The notes under the pieces: generated by a model | The model's input: only the letters and a program-made list of their open reading frames with translations | What the model was told of the DNA's origin: nothing | Databases searched by the model: none | From: Chiloscyllium plagiosum | Taxonomy: Eukaryota | Length of the DNA: 64,000 nt | Direction of reading: 5' to 3' | Assembly: GCF_004010195.1 (NCBI RefSeq) | Contig: NC_057718.1 | Coordinates: 3,176,249 to 3,240,248, forward strand | Program-made: the position numbers and the translations under genes | In this document: positions 38,886-51,020 of the stretch, piece after piece | Layout of the letters: each line of letters begins with the position of its first letter | How positions within the stretch are numbered: the stretch's first letter is position 1

Positions 38886-41586
38886 GAACCTGGAACAGTA
38901 CAGCGCATGAACACCAACTAGCCACGAAACGACATGACCAGGAAACATTAAAATGTTGTGAGGCCAATATCCATCTCAATAATCCCTTTTCAACAATGGA
39001 TTTTTTTCTGGTGGATACTGAGCTTTTTTTGAAAAATAACCAAAAGGCTTCCACAATCACCCTCCTTTAACAGCATAGCTCCAGCACCGACATCACTTGT
39101 GTCGATGGCGACTTTGAAGGGTTTCAAAAAGTTTGGTGTGGCAATATCTGGTGCTGTGGTTAACGCTGCTTTTAAATTCTCAAACACCTCCAGGCATTGT
39201 TTTGTCCACTGAAATTTCAGGTTCTTTTTTAACAAATCTGTCAATGGTGCCACTATGCCACTAAAGTTTGGTACAAATTTCAATCTCAAAAATCAGAGCA
39301 CTTCCTTCTGTGAGGATGGGATAGGAAATATCTCAATGGCCTTCATCTTCACGGTCCTCGGTGTCATCCATCTATGTCCAATTCTGTGCCCTAAGAGTGC
39401 CTGTTTTTATCATGTTTATGACCAGCTTTGCCTACTATATTCTCTGAAAGCGCTCTGTCAAATGCTCCATGATCTTTCCATGAATGGTTAAAGATCCCAC
39501 TGCCATCTATGTAGATGCCACAATTAGTCAATCCTGCAACAACTCTGTTCATAAACCTTTGAAAAGTGGCTGGTGCACGTTTCATTCCAAATGGCATCAG
39601 TTTAAATTGAAATAGCCCATTTAGGGCTATAAGAGCAGAAACTTCCTTTCCTCTCTCCAGTAAAGGTACTTGCCAGGAACTGCAAAGTAAGTCCAACTTT
39701 TTGATGTAAATGGCTTGTCCTACTTTATCCATACAATCCTCCAGCCTTGGAATTGAGTTTGAGTCAGATTTGGTCACAGTGTTGACCTTCTGATAATCTA
39801 TGCAGTATCTTTGAATACAATCATGTTTGGGAGCTAACACAATTTATGAACTCCACTCACTTTGATGCATCTCTGTGATGTCTTCTTAGAGCATAGTTTC
39901 AACTTCCTTCTGAACCTGCATTGCTTTGAGAGGATTAAGTCTGCAGCGGTGTTGTTCTATTGGAATAGCATTCCCTATACCAATCTCATGTACCACGGCA
40001 TTAGTTCTCTCCATTTTATTTCTGCATATGTCCTCATAGCACTGTATCGAGTCTTGCTTGTCAAGTTCTCTGTTCCTAGGGCAGATAGATCACTACCCTA
40101 TCCCATTTCTTAAGGGCTTCCTCATTATTCAACTTATTCTGAGGCACATCAGAAATCCAAATTATCTGGATTTTACTCCTCAGTGACTTATATCTATTTT
40201 TCCGATCCCCTTTCACTTTCATTAGTAATGTTTCAGCACGGTCACATGATGTAAATGATAAATATTTTACCAGGTAATTCACCTGAGTTCTCAATCTTTT
40301 AAGGACCACTAAATCTTGCTTTAAAGGGATCTCTTACCACTGGTAACAGCATCAATACCTTATCACCACGGGCAAATGTACAAATTTTAGATTTGTTATC
40401 TGCTCCTTGGTTCATTGGGTGCTGTAACACCTTCAAATGTTGCCCAGTTAATTCACCTGCTCAGTTTAATCTTTCTCTCACATAAGCCAACTGTGAGGTC
40501 TCTGACTTCAGACCGATCAACATTCTCTTAATTAATTTTAAAGGCCCTCTTACTTAGTGTCCAAATTCCAGAGGGATCCAGATGCTTAGGAATTGATCGA
40601 CAGGTTTAGACAGTACATTTGGATCAGCTCAGGCTTGGAGGGCCGAAGGACATGTAACTGAACTGTAAATTTTCTTTGTTCTTTGTTCAAATATCAATTC
40701 AATTGGAGCAAACTGATTCGATTTATTTGGAGTATCTCTAACAGCAAATACTATAAATGGGATACCTTTATCCCGATCATTTGGGTAATCCTGGAAATAA
40801 GCCCTCAACATTGGCTTTAGGGTCTGATGCCACCTTTCCAATGCCCCCTGGGCTTCAGGATGATACACACTTAATGTAAATTGTTTGATACCTAAACTAA
40901 CCATAATCTTATAAATAATTTGGCAGTAAATTTGGACACTTGGTCTGACTGAAAATCCCTGGACAGTCCACATTGGGTAAGGAAAGCAAGCAACTCCTCT
41001 TGCCTTGACATTCTGGTTAGCAAACACTGGCTCCACTTTTAGTTTTAGGGAGAGGACTGACACAATCAATTATAAACGGTGTAAAAGGTTCTTCAAATGC
41101 AGGAATTGGCATCAAAGGTGTTGCTTTTATCACTGCCTGTGGTTTTCCCACCATCTAACACGTATGACAATACGGCAAAACTCAACCACATCGTTATGTG
41201 ATCCAGGCCAACAAAAATGCTTCTGTATCTTAGCCTGAGTCTTCTGAGGTGACCTCCTACAGGTAGTTTGTGTGCTAATCATAGATCAGAATATATAGGA
41301 GCAGAAATTAGGCCATTCAGCCCATCAGGTCTGCACCATCATCAGTCATGACCTGCAGTACTCCCTGTCTATATTCTACTGGCAGCACAATCTGGTGAAT
41401 TTCTGCCCATTTTTCACCTGCACTAACCTGCCAAGATCTCCATTTACACCTTAAGTTTTTATCCTTAAGATAATAGCATTCTTGAATACTCAGATTCCTT
41501 CAGGAGGCATGGAATATAGGGACACTTGGCTGTCTGGATACAGAATTGGGGGCTGGCCCTTGGAGACAGAGGGTGGTGATAGATGA

Positions 41587-42428
41587 AACGTGTTGTTGGA
41601 AAAGTGCAGCAGGTCAGGCAGCATCCAAGGAGCAGGAGAATTGACGTTTCGGACATAAGCCCTTCTTCAGGAATGAGGAGGGTGTGCCAAGCAGGCTAAG
41701 ATAAAAGGTAGGGAGGAGGGACTTGGGGGAGGCGCATTGGGAATGCAATAGGTGGAAGGAGGTTAAGGTGAGGGTGATAGGCCGGAGAAGGGGTGGGGGC
41801 GGAGAGGTCGGAAAGAAGATTGCAGGTCAAGAAGGCGGTGCTGAGTCTGAGAGTTGGGACTGAGATAAGGTGGGGGGACGGGAACTGAGGAAGCTGGAGA
41901 AATCTGCATTCATCCCTTGAGGTTGGAGGGTTCCCAGGCGGAAGATGAGGCACTCTTCATCCAGGTGTCGTGTTGCCATGGTCTGGCGATGGAGGAGGCC
42001 AAGGACCTGCATGTCCTTGGCGGATTGGGAGGGGGAGTTAAAGTTTTCAGCCACAGGGCAGTTGGGTTGGTTGGTGCGGGTGTCCCAGAGGTGTTCTCTG
42101 AAATGTTCCGCAAGTAGGCGACCTGTCTCCCCAATGTAGAGGACGCCATTTCGGGTGCAGCGGATGCAGTAAACGATGTGTGTGGAAGTGCAGATGGATT
42201 TGTGGTGGCTATGGAAGGATCCCTTGAGGCCTTGGAGGGAAGTGAGGGGGGAGGTGGGGGCACAAGTTTTGCATTTCTTGCAGTTGCAGGGGAAGGTGCC
42301 GGGAGTGGAGGTTGGGTTGGTGGGGGGTGTGGACCTGACGAGGGAGTCGCGGAGGGAGTGGTCTTTCCGGAACACTGATAGGGTAGGGGAGGGAAATATA
42401 TCCTTGGTGGTGGGGTCTGTTTGGAGGT
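41587..42428 (-). mobile_element. Penelope-like element, 5'-truncated: Cys-rich linker, GIY-YIG endonuclease and 3' terminal repeat
   Basis: ORF 41827-42375 PCNCKKCKTC...IVYCIRC...LYIGETGR.L.E.FREH...PVA..FN...LGTLQPQGMN. Confidence 0.92.
41643..41670 (-). ncRNA. Minimal hammerhead ribozyme core in Penelope terminal repeat
   Basis: CTGAAGA-A-GGGC TTAT GTCC-GAAAC-GTC. Confidence 0.6.
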
Positions 42429-43567
42429 AAATGGATAGTATTCAGCCTGGAGCTCGGTGGGCAGTGGTGTTCCGCAGGGATATATTCAGTGACCTTTGTT
42501 CTTTGTGATTTTTCTAAATTACTTTGATAAGGAAGCAGAGGGATGGGTTAGGAGGTTTGCTGATGACATGAAGGTTGGTGGAGTGATGGATAGTGTGGAA
42601 GGCTGTTGTAGATTGCAACAGGACATTGAGAGGATGCAGAACTGGGCTGATAAATGGCAGATGGAGTTCAATCTGGAAATGTGTGAAGTGATTCATTTGG
42701 GAATTGAATTTGATTGCAGAAAACAGGACTAAAGTCAGGATTCTTGGCAATGTGGAGGAACAGGGGGATCTTGAGGTCCATGCCTATAGATCCCCCAAAC
42801 TTCCCACCCCAGCTGAAAGGGTTGTTGAGAAGGGGCATGGTGTGTTGGCTTTCATTTGCTGAGGGGTTGAGTTTTAAAGCCATGAGGTTATGCTGCAGCT
42901 TTATAGAGCCCTGGTTAGACCACACTTGAAATATTGTGTTCTGTTCTGGTCACCTTATTACGTGAAGGATTTGGAAGCTTTACAGAGGGTGCAGAGGAGA
43001 TTTACCAGGATGCTGCCTGGACTGGAGGGCATGTCTTATGAAGGAAGGTTGAGGGAGCTAGGGCTTTTCTCATTGGAGTGAAGGAGGATGAGAGGTGACT
43101 TGATAGCTGTGCACAAGATGATGCGAGGCATAGATGGAGTGAATTGTCAGAGACTTTCTCCCAGGGTGGAAATCACAATGAGGCATACTTGTAAGGTGAT
43201 TGGAGAAGGTTTACAGGAGATGTCAGAGGTCGGTTCTTTACACAGAGAGTGGTGGGTATGTGGAATGCGCTGCCAAAGATGGTAGCTGAGTCACATACAT
43301 TAAGGACATTTAAGCAACTCTAGGATAGGCACATGGATGATAGTAAATTGAAGGGTATGTAGGTCAGTTTGAATTTAGAGTAAGTTAAAAAGTCGCCACA
43401 ACATCAAAGGCCGAAAGGCCTGTACTGTGTTGCTCTATGCTCTACATTTATGTTCATGTTCTACCATGTAAGATAAGGCTAGAAAGTCCAATCAAAACTG
43501 GGGAAGTGATTGTGGGACTGATGGAATAATTGGCTATTCCACAAATCCAGTATGTTCTTGGAAACAT

Positions 43568-43904
43568 TATTAGATTAGATTAGATTAGATTAGATTAGAT
43601 TACTTACAGTGTGGAAACAGGCCCTTCGGCCCAACAAGTCCACACCGACCCGCCGAAGCGCAACCCACCCATACCCCTACATTTACCCCTTTAACCTAAC
43701 ACTATGGGCAATTTAGCATGGCCAATTCACCTAACCCGCACATCTTTGTGACTGTGGGAGGAAACCGGAGCACCCGGAGGAAACCCACGCAGACACGGGG
43801 AGAATGTGCAAACTCCACACAGTCAGTCGCCTGAGGCGGGAATTGAACCCGGGTCTCTGGCGCTGTGAGGCAGCAGTGCTAACCACTGTGCCACCGTGCC
43901 GCCC
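43568..43904 (-). mobile_element. Full-length, young HE1-type V-SINE
   Basis: Starts GGGCGGCACGGTGGCACAGTGGTTAGC, B box GGTTCAATTCC, about six TCTAA tail units, flanked by ACATTAT on both sides. Confidence 0.93.
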
Positions 43905-44228
43905 ACATTATATTTGGATCATAAATGGGAGTGAGGCCCATTGCAATGGAAAAGCCAAAAGAAAGCCAAGGGGAATGGAGGAGTTAAAAGAAAAATATCC
44001 TGAAATTTTCTGGATTGTGTAGTGACAAGATCCCACAGCCATAAGGTAAAACAAGCAGTGAAAACAAAAGAGAAAGATGAAGGGGTTGGGTTCCAGTTAG
44101 CTGGCGCTCTGTTTGATGAGATGGTGAAGGAAAAGCCCAAGCAGCTGGAGGATCAGGCAGAGGTTTTTGATTCTGAAAGATAAATAGAGTTATAACTAAA
44201 ATATGAGACGTTAAAGGATTTATATCAA

Positions 44229-44870
44229 AGCTGACCATGGGGAACCTTATCAAATGTTTTGCTAAAATCCACGTCCACCACATCCATCATTCTACCTTCA
44301 TCAATGTGTTTTGTCACATCCTCAAAGAATTCAGTAAGGCTTGTAAGGCTTGACATGCCCCTCACAAAGTCATGCTGACTAATCAAACTATGGTTTTCCA
44401 AGTAATCATAAATCCTGTATCTCAGAATCCCCTCCAATAATTTTCCAACCACAGATGTAGGACTGACAAGTCTGTAATTCCCAGGATTATCCCTATTCCC
44501 TTTCTTGAATGGGGAATAGCATTTGCCATCCTCCAATCATCTGGAACTACTCCAGTGGAGAGCGAGGACACAAAGATCCTCGCCAAAGATGCAGCAATCT
44601 CTTCCCTCACTTCCTGTAGTAACCTTGGATATATCCCGTCAGGTTCAGGGGACTTATCAATCCTTACGCTTTTCAACATTTTCAGCACATCCTGTCCTAG
44701 AATATCACCCTATTTCACACCATCCTCAGAAATGACAAGGTCCCTCTCAGTAGTGAATACTGACGCAAAATACTCATTAAGGACTTCCCCTACCTCCTCC
44801 GATTCCAGGCACAAGTTCCCTCCAATATCCCTGATCTGCCCCAACCTCACTCTGGCCATCGTGTTGTTCC
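44229..44870 (-). mobile_element. 5' half of the same CR1 LINE
   Basis: DKSPEPDGIYPRLL...QHDFVRG.S.LT.L.EFFEDVTK...DFSKTFDKVPHG. Confidence 0.88.
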
Positions 44871-45493
44871 TCTCTCCATTATTCCATAGATTACCATTCT
44901 GCTGGGCAATATTTCAGAAGGAGTGCAATATGTTTATCTTTTACTATTCAAAACAGACTGGCTCCTGTGTCTCTCAATATTTTAAGTTTTTTATCTTCTC
45001 CTCCTGTTCTATCTGTATGATTCTTACCCACGCAGATGAAGTCTTTGAAAATATTGTGTGTGTGATCTTACTATCCAGCCAGTGACTAAGCTGTGCACTT
45101 TCCTGCACTTTCTCAATTTCTCTTGGGATTTATTTCACTGCCTTAATGAATCCTATTTGATTAGCCCCTTTTACCACTGCCTTTTTCCCAGTGCCTTTCT
45201 TAAACTCCCAGCTCTGGGACTTTGTGTGACCCATCTCATTGCACTTGAGGTCTTTCACCTCTTTTCCACCCTTTAGGATTTCTTTTCCACCATCTTGGAT
45301 CTGCCATCCCTGCAGCTCTTCTTGCTGTTTGAATGTTTAGTTCCTCAACATGAGTTCTTACCACTTCTGGAAGTGAGTTTTTAAACACCTCCAGCAGAAT
45401 AATCTCTCTAAGAGCCTCACATGTCTTTGCTATCTTTAATGTTCTCATCCATCTATCAAAGTTATTCTGTGTAATTCTTTCAAACTCAATATA

Positions 45494-46005
45494 GAATCAT
45501 CGAGATGTACAGTACGGAAGCAGACCTTTCAGCCCAACTTGCCCATGCCAACCAGGTATCCTAACCTTATCTAGTCCCATGTTATAGCACTTAGCCCATA
45601 CCCCTCTAAACCCTTTCTAGTCATATACCCATCCAGATGTCTTTTAAATGTTGTAATTGTCCCAGCCTCCACCACTTCCTCTATCAATCATTCCATACAC
45701 GCACCACTCCTTGTCTGAATAAAATGTCCATTAGGTCCCTTTTATATCTTTCCCCTCTGTCCATAAACCCATGCCCTCTAGTTCTGAACACCCCCACCCC
45801 AGGGAAAAGATCTTGTCTGTTTATCCTATCCATGCCCCTCATGATTTTATAAATCTCCACAAGGTCACCCCTCAACCTCTGCCATTCCAGAGAAAACCGC
45901 CCCAGCTTATTCAGCCCCTCCCTATAACTCAAATCTTCCAACCAGAGAAATATCCTAGTAAACCTTTACTGAACCCTTTCAATTTTCACAACATCCCTTT
46001 GAGAT
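45494..46005 (-). mobile_element. CR1 3' end inserted in Gypsy gag
   Basis: LSYREGLNKLG.FSLE..RLRGDL.EIYKIMRG motif. Confidence 0.85.
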
Positions 46006-46106
46006 AAGTCTTATGTGGTTCTTCTCTTACATCTCTGAACCATTGTCTAAATGTTTCTGGTATCAATTCATAGGCACTCAACATTGCCTTTTTTACTTCT
46101 TCATGT

Positions 46107-46203
46107 TCTCCTGACACCTCCTCTGATAATACTACAAGCATCTCCTGACACCTCCTCTGATAATACTACAAGCATCTCCTGACACCTCCTCTGATAATAC
46201 TAC
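46107..46203. repeat. 34-bp unit repeated about three times inside gag
   Basis: TCTCCTGACACCTCCTCTGATAATACTACAAGCA at 46107 and 46141, with a partial copy at 46175. Confidence 0.9.
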
Positions 46204-47639
46204 TAGCCCTACCTATTAACTTGGACTGAATTAACATTACCCACATACTCTCTCGCTAGTTCATCTAGTTAGCCAATTTCTCAAAGGAAATGAAAAAATC
46301 TTCAGCAACATTTTCATCAAACTTCAGTAATGTTTGGACATATTTGTATCAATCCCTACCAGGATGGTGGTGACGATGTGTTTGCACATCATCACTTCAA
46401 TCCTATACTTTTATTTCTGTCATTTGATGTCTTTTTGCTTCAAGGTCCAACTTCATCTTTTCTAACTTGAACATCCTTTCCCTTTCCATTTCTTTATCTT
46501 TCAGTTCACTTTCTAACTCCAGTTGTTTCATTCGTAACTTAAGTTTTTCTAACTCCACTGCATTTGACTGTTTCTCTGACATACATTTAAAGCTTGTCTA
46601 AGTCTATTACAATTTCAGCTTTCTTATTGTCTCAAATTAAATTTGAACCTGTTCTACAAGTGTCACCTTTTTCTGTCTTTCTAAAGTTCCTTGCCAAATT
46701 TGGGAAGCATCTTCAACATCCCCAGAACCTTTTTAGCGATGCTAACAGCCATTTCCCCACTTTTGATTTAACCAATAGCAAGCAACTGAATTTAAACAGA
46801 TTTTCCACATCTCACTTCAGTTTTATTTAAAGATCTAGGAGACAAGGCCCCGAGTCTAATTAAATCTGCTGAGACCTTTTGTACCCTAAATCTGTTCAGA
46901 ACCTGGACAATGAGCCTCCAATCTGTTATAAAATAGAAGGTGACCCCGAACCCCTAAAAACCAACACCAAAACACCCCAAAAGGAGCACCTCGCCCTATA
47001 ATCTGTAAAAGGAGGGTGGAAAGTGATGTAATCTGCCTTTCAGCAATTTCTCGTGGTAAAATAAAATAAATCCCTGACACTCATTTTAAAATAAACAAAT
47101 AACAATTTATTTATCAAACACTAACAGTGAAGAAATTAACTAATAAATTATCAAGCCAAATAAATCCCTTCTAACTACGAACTATTCCTGAATAAACCAA
47201 GAATCTAATGAATGCTGTTACAATAAATACAAATCCCATAAAACAAAAAATAGAATTTTTTTAGTCTATTGATATTACAGACAGGTTGCGTGTCTTCCAG
47301 AATATTCTGTATATTTTCCATCAATTCTTATGCCAGGAACATTAACAAGTTAGTACGATTGTTATTCAGATGGTACTTTCTCTAAGACATCGAGGAGGAG
47401 GCTGTGGGAGCCAGCGATTGTCTCTCGAAGGCTGAAGGCTGTTAGCTCTGGAGGATGGCAACTCGCTCTGGGATCTTTGTCCAGTTGCCCCTTCTTTTAT
47501 AACTGCGATGACATACAAATATTTCTCACAATTGGATTGGTCCTACGCTGTCAAAATCATCAGATTTAAATTTAACAGGATTTTTGTATCTAAGTGACAA
47601 GTTCAAATTGATTGGCTAAATTAATATATTATGGACAAA

Positions 47640-48660
47640 AAGGTAAGTAGGGAGAGAATGGGGCTCTCAAAGATCAGCAAGCCAGCCTATTTGTGGAGCC
47701 GCAGGAGATGGGGGAGATACTAAATGAATATTTTGCATCATTGTTTACTGTGGAGAAGGACATAGAAGATGTAGTATGTGGGGAAATAGATGGTGACCTG
47801 TTGAAAAATGCCCACATTACAGAGAAGAGGTGCTGGATGTCCTGAAATGAATCAAAGTGGATCAATCCCCAGGACCTGATCAGATGTATCCTAGAACTCT
47901 GTGGGAACCTAGGGAAGTGATTGCTGGGCCCCTTGTTGAGATATTTGTATTATCAATAGTCACAGGTGAGGTGCCCGAAGACTGGAGGTTGGCTAACATG
48001 CTACCACTATTTAAGAAAAGTGGTAAGGACAAGCTATGGAACAAGGAAAAGTCAGAGAATTAAGTTGGGAGGTCATGTTGCAGCTGTACAGGATGTTGAT
48101 TCAGTCACTTTTTGGAATATTGCATGCAGTTTTGGTCTCCTTCCTATCAGAAGGATGTTGTGAAACTTGAAAGGGTTCAGAAAAGATTTACAAGGATGTT
48201 GCCAGAGTTGGAGGGTTTAAGCAAAAGGGAGAGGCGAAATAGGCTGGGGCTGTTTTCCCTGAAACATTGGAAGCTGAGGATTGACCTTACACAGGTTTAT
48301 AAAATCATGAGGGACATGGATAGGATGAACAGACAAAGTCTTTTCCCTTGGGTGGGGGAGTCCATACTAGAGGGCATAGGTTTAGGGTGAGAGGGGAAAG
48401 ATATAAAAGAGACCAAAGGAACAACCTTTACATGCAGAGGGTGGTGTGTGTATGGAATAAGCTGCCAGGAGAAGTGGTGGAGGCTGATACAATAACAACA
48501 TTTTAAAGGCATCCTGATGGGTATATGAATAGGAAGGGTTCAGACAGATATGGGCCAAACGTTGGCAAATGGGACTGGATTAGGTTAGGATAACTGGTCA
48601 GCATGGACGAGTTGGACCGAAGGGTCTGTTTCTGTGCTGTACATCTCTCTGACTCTATGA
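47640..48660 (+). mobile_element. Internally deleted CR1 ORF2 with 3' end
   Basis: SPGPDQMYPRTLWE...PLFKK joined directly to EYCMQFWSPSY..D..KLERVQKRFTRMLP. Confidence 0.85.
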
Positions 48661-48909
48661 TTTTAAAAGCCTGTTGTCTTGGTAAAAAATGCCGCTTGGA
48701 CTGCTAACTTTATGGCCTTCTGATACAAAGGTTTCAATTCAGGTGCTCTCTGGGCACTTACAAACTTTCAAGCTGCTGTTCACAGACATCCATTTTAAAT
48801 TTCTAAGCAGAGAGAAAGCACATAATCTTTTAAAAGTACATTGCAATGCTTCCTACCACCCTCCCAGCTCATTGCAAACACAAAATTCAACCTTCCTGCC
48901 TCCCAATCT

Positions 48910-49700
48910 ATAATTAAGCTACCCAACTTTGCATCTATATATGTCATAAACAAAAGAGGTTTCCACAGATCCATGTGGAACACCATGAGTCATGAATGTC
49001 AAAAATAAAAAAACATTCTTCGACCACAACCTTCTGCCTTTGATGGGCAAACCAATTCTGAATTCATATAGCACCATCACTGTGGATCCCATGCAACCTA
49101 ATCTTTTGGATGAGCTGACCAAGAGGGACCTTGTCAAAAGCCTACTAAATCCATGAAAACAACATCTACTGATCTGTCCTCATCAATCACATTTGTCACC
49201 TCCTCAAAAAATTCAATTAGGTTTTTAGATTAGATTACCTACAGTGTGGAAACAGGCCCTTCAGCCCAACAAGTCCACACTGACCCTCCGAAGAGCAACC
49301 CACCCCCCTACATTTACCCATTCACTTAACAATATGGGCAATTTAGCATGGCCAATTCACCTAACCTGCACATTTTTGAACTGTGGGAGGAAACCGGAGC
49401 AAGCCCACGCAGACACAGGGACAATGTGCAAACTCCACACAAACAGATGCCTGAGGAGGGTATTGAACCCAGGTCTCTGGTGCTGAGAGGCAGCAGTGCT
49501 AACCACTGTGCCACCAGAAGACATGACATCCCCTGCACAAAGCCATGCTGACTGTCCCTAATTAGGCCATGTTTTTGTGAATGTACTTAAGTCCCTATCC
49601 TGAAGAATTCTCTCTAATAGTTTCCCAACCACCGACATGAGACTCACTGGTCTATACTTTCCTGCATTATCCCTATTTCCCTTCTTGAACAGAGGAACAT
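48910..49700 (-). mobile_element. CR1 RT fragment containing an HE1-type SINE (about 49227-49515)
   Basis: RT motifs on both sides of a V-SINE body with A and B boxes. Confidence 0.8.
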
Positions 49701-49714
49701 CATTTTCATATTAC

Positions 49715-49930
49715 TAGGCACTCATTCCCTCCCAGACCCTGAGATTACTGGGCACTCAGACCCTCCCAGCCCTGAGATTACTGGGTACTCAGACCCTCCC
49801 AGACCTTGAAATTACTGGATACTCAGACCCTCCCAGACTCTAAAATTACTGGATACTCAGACCCTCCCAGACCCTAGGATTACTGGGCACTCAGAACCTC
49901 CCAGACCCTGAGATTACTGGGCACTCAGAC
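49715..49930. repeat. 34-bp minisatellite, about 6 copies, same unit as 38740-38885
   Basis: Units start at 49801, 49835 and onward with period 34. Confidence 0.9.
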
Positions 49931-50089
49931 AGTGCAGCAGCTCAGCATGGGGGTAAAAGGTGCGGGAGGCAGTGCAGTCTCTCACTGAGATTATTTGGAG
50001 CACACTGCCCTCTGCTGCTCCCTCTAGCATTGTGCAGAACAACAGCAGGGACATTGTGGGAACAGCTTGAATTGCGAGTTCCTTCCAGT

Positions 50090-51020
50090 TATAGAGTCAT
50101 AGAGATGTACAGCAGGGAAACAGACTTTGGTCCAACGCTGACCAGATATCCCAAACTAACCTAGTCCCATTTGCTAGCACTTGGACCATATCCCTCCAAA
50201 CCCTTCCTATTCATATACCCATCCAGTTGCTTTTTAACTGTTGCAATTATACCAGCCTCCACCACTTTCTCTGGCAGCTCATTCCATACGTGCACCACTC
50301 TCTGTGTGAAAAAGTTGCCCCTTAGGTACCTTTTATATCTTTTAGCTCTCACCTTAAAATGATGCGCTCTAGTTCTGGACTCCCCCCACCCCAGGGAAAA
50401 GACTTTGTCTATTTATCCTCCAACCCTGGCAACAGCCTTGTAAGTCTTTTCTGAACCCTTTCAAGTTTCACAACATCCTTCCGATAGGAAGGAGACTAGA
50501 ATTACTCACAATAGTCCAAAAGTGGCCTAACCAACTTCCTGTACAGCCTCAGCATGGCCTCTCAGCTCCTATAATCAATGTTCTGACTAATAAAGGAAGG
50601 CATACCAAACGCCTTCTTCACTATCCTATCTAACTGCGACTCTGCTTTCAAGGAGCTATGAACCTGCACTCCAAGGTCTTTTTCGTTTCGGGCATAAGCC
50701 CTTCTTCAGGAAGAAGGGCTTATGCCCGAAACGTCGATTCTCCTGTTTCTTGGATGCTACCTGACCTGCTGTGCTTTTCCAGCAACACATTTTCAGTTCT
50801 GATCTCCAGCATCTGCAGTCCTCACTTTCTCCTCGAAGATTTTAACCTTCTTCACTGTCCATTACACCTCCAATTTTGGTGTCATCTTCAAACCTACTAA
50901 CTATACCTCCAATGTTCATATACAAATGATGCAAAGTAGTGGACCCAGCATTTGTGCACTTCATTTGTCACAGGCCTCCAGTCTGAGAAACAACCCTCCA
51001 TCACCACCCTCTGTCTTCAA
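50090..51020 (-). mobile_element. CR1 3' fragment with a nested Penelope-derived palindromic piece (about 50681-50845)
   Basis: LRGNFFTQRVV.VWNELP motif; CGTTTCGGGCATAAGCCCTTCTTC-AG-GAAGAAGGGCTTATGCCCGAAACG palindrome. Confidence 0.8.

Larger units (their letters stand above)
41500..43450 (+). mobile_element. 3' half of a CR1 LINE (within an inverted segment)
   Basis: RFADDMKVGG, LYRALVRPHL.YC, RRFTRMLPGL and the 3' tail. Confidence 0.88.
38890..47620 (-). mobile_element. Fragmented Gmr1-like Gypsy element: LTR (about 46925-47620), gag, protease region, integrase, RT, RNase H
   Basis: LTR end TAACA followed by a tRNA-Pro-like PBS TGGAGGCTC; gag LREIILLEVFKNSLP; integrase YHPEAQGALERWHQTLK (40.85 kb); RT MPFGMKRAPATFQR..YIDG (39.5 kb); RNase H FKVAIDTSDVGAGA (39.1 kb). 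Confidence 0.85.

Noticed and set aside
43830-43904. tRNA gene
   Set aside because: It is the tRNA-derived head of an HE1-type SINE, present in six copies with the SINE body.
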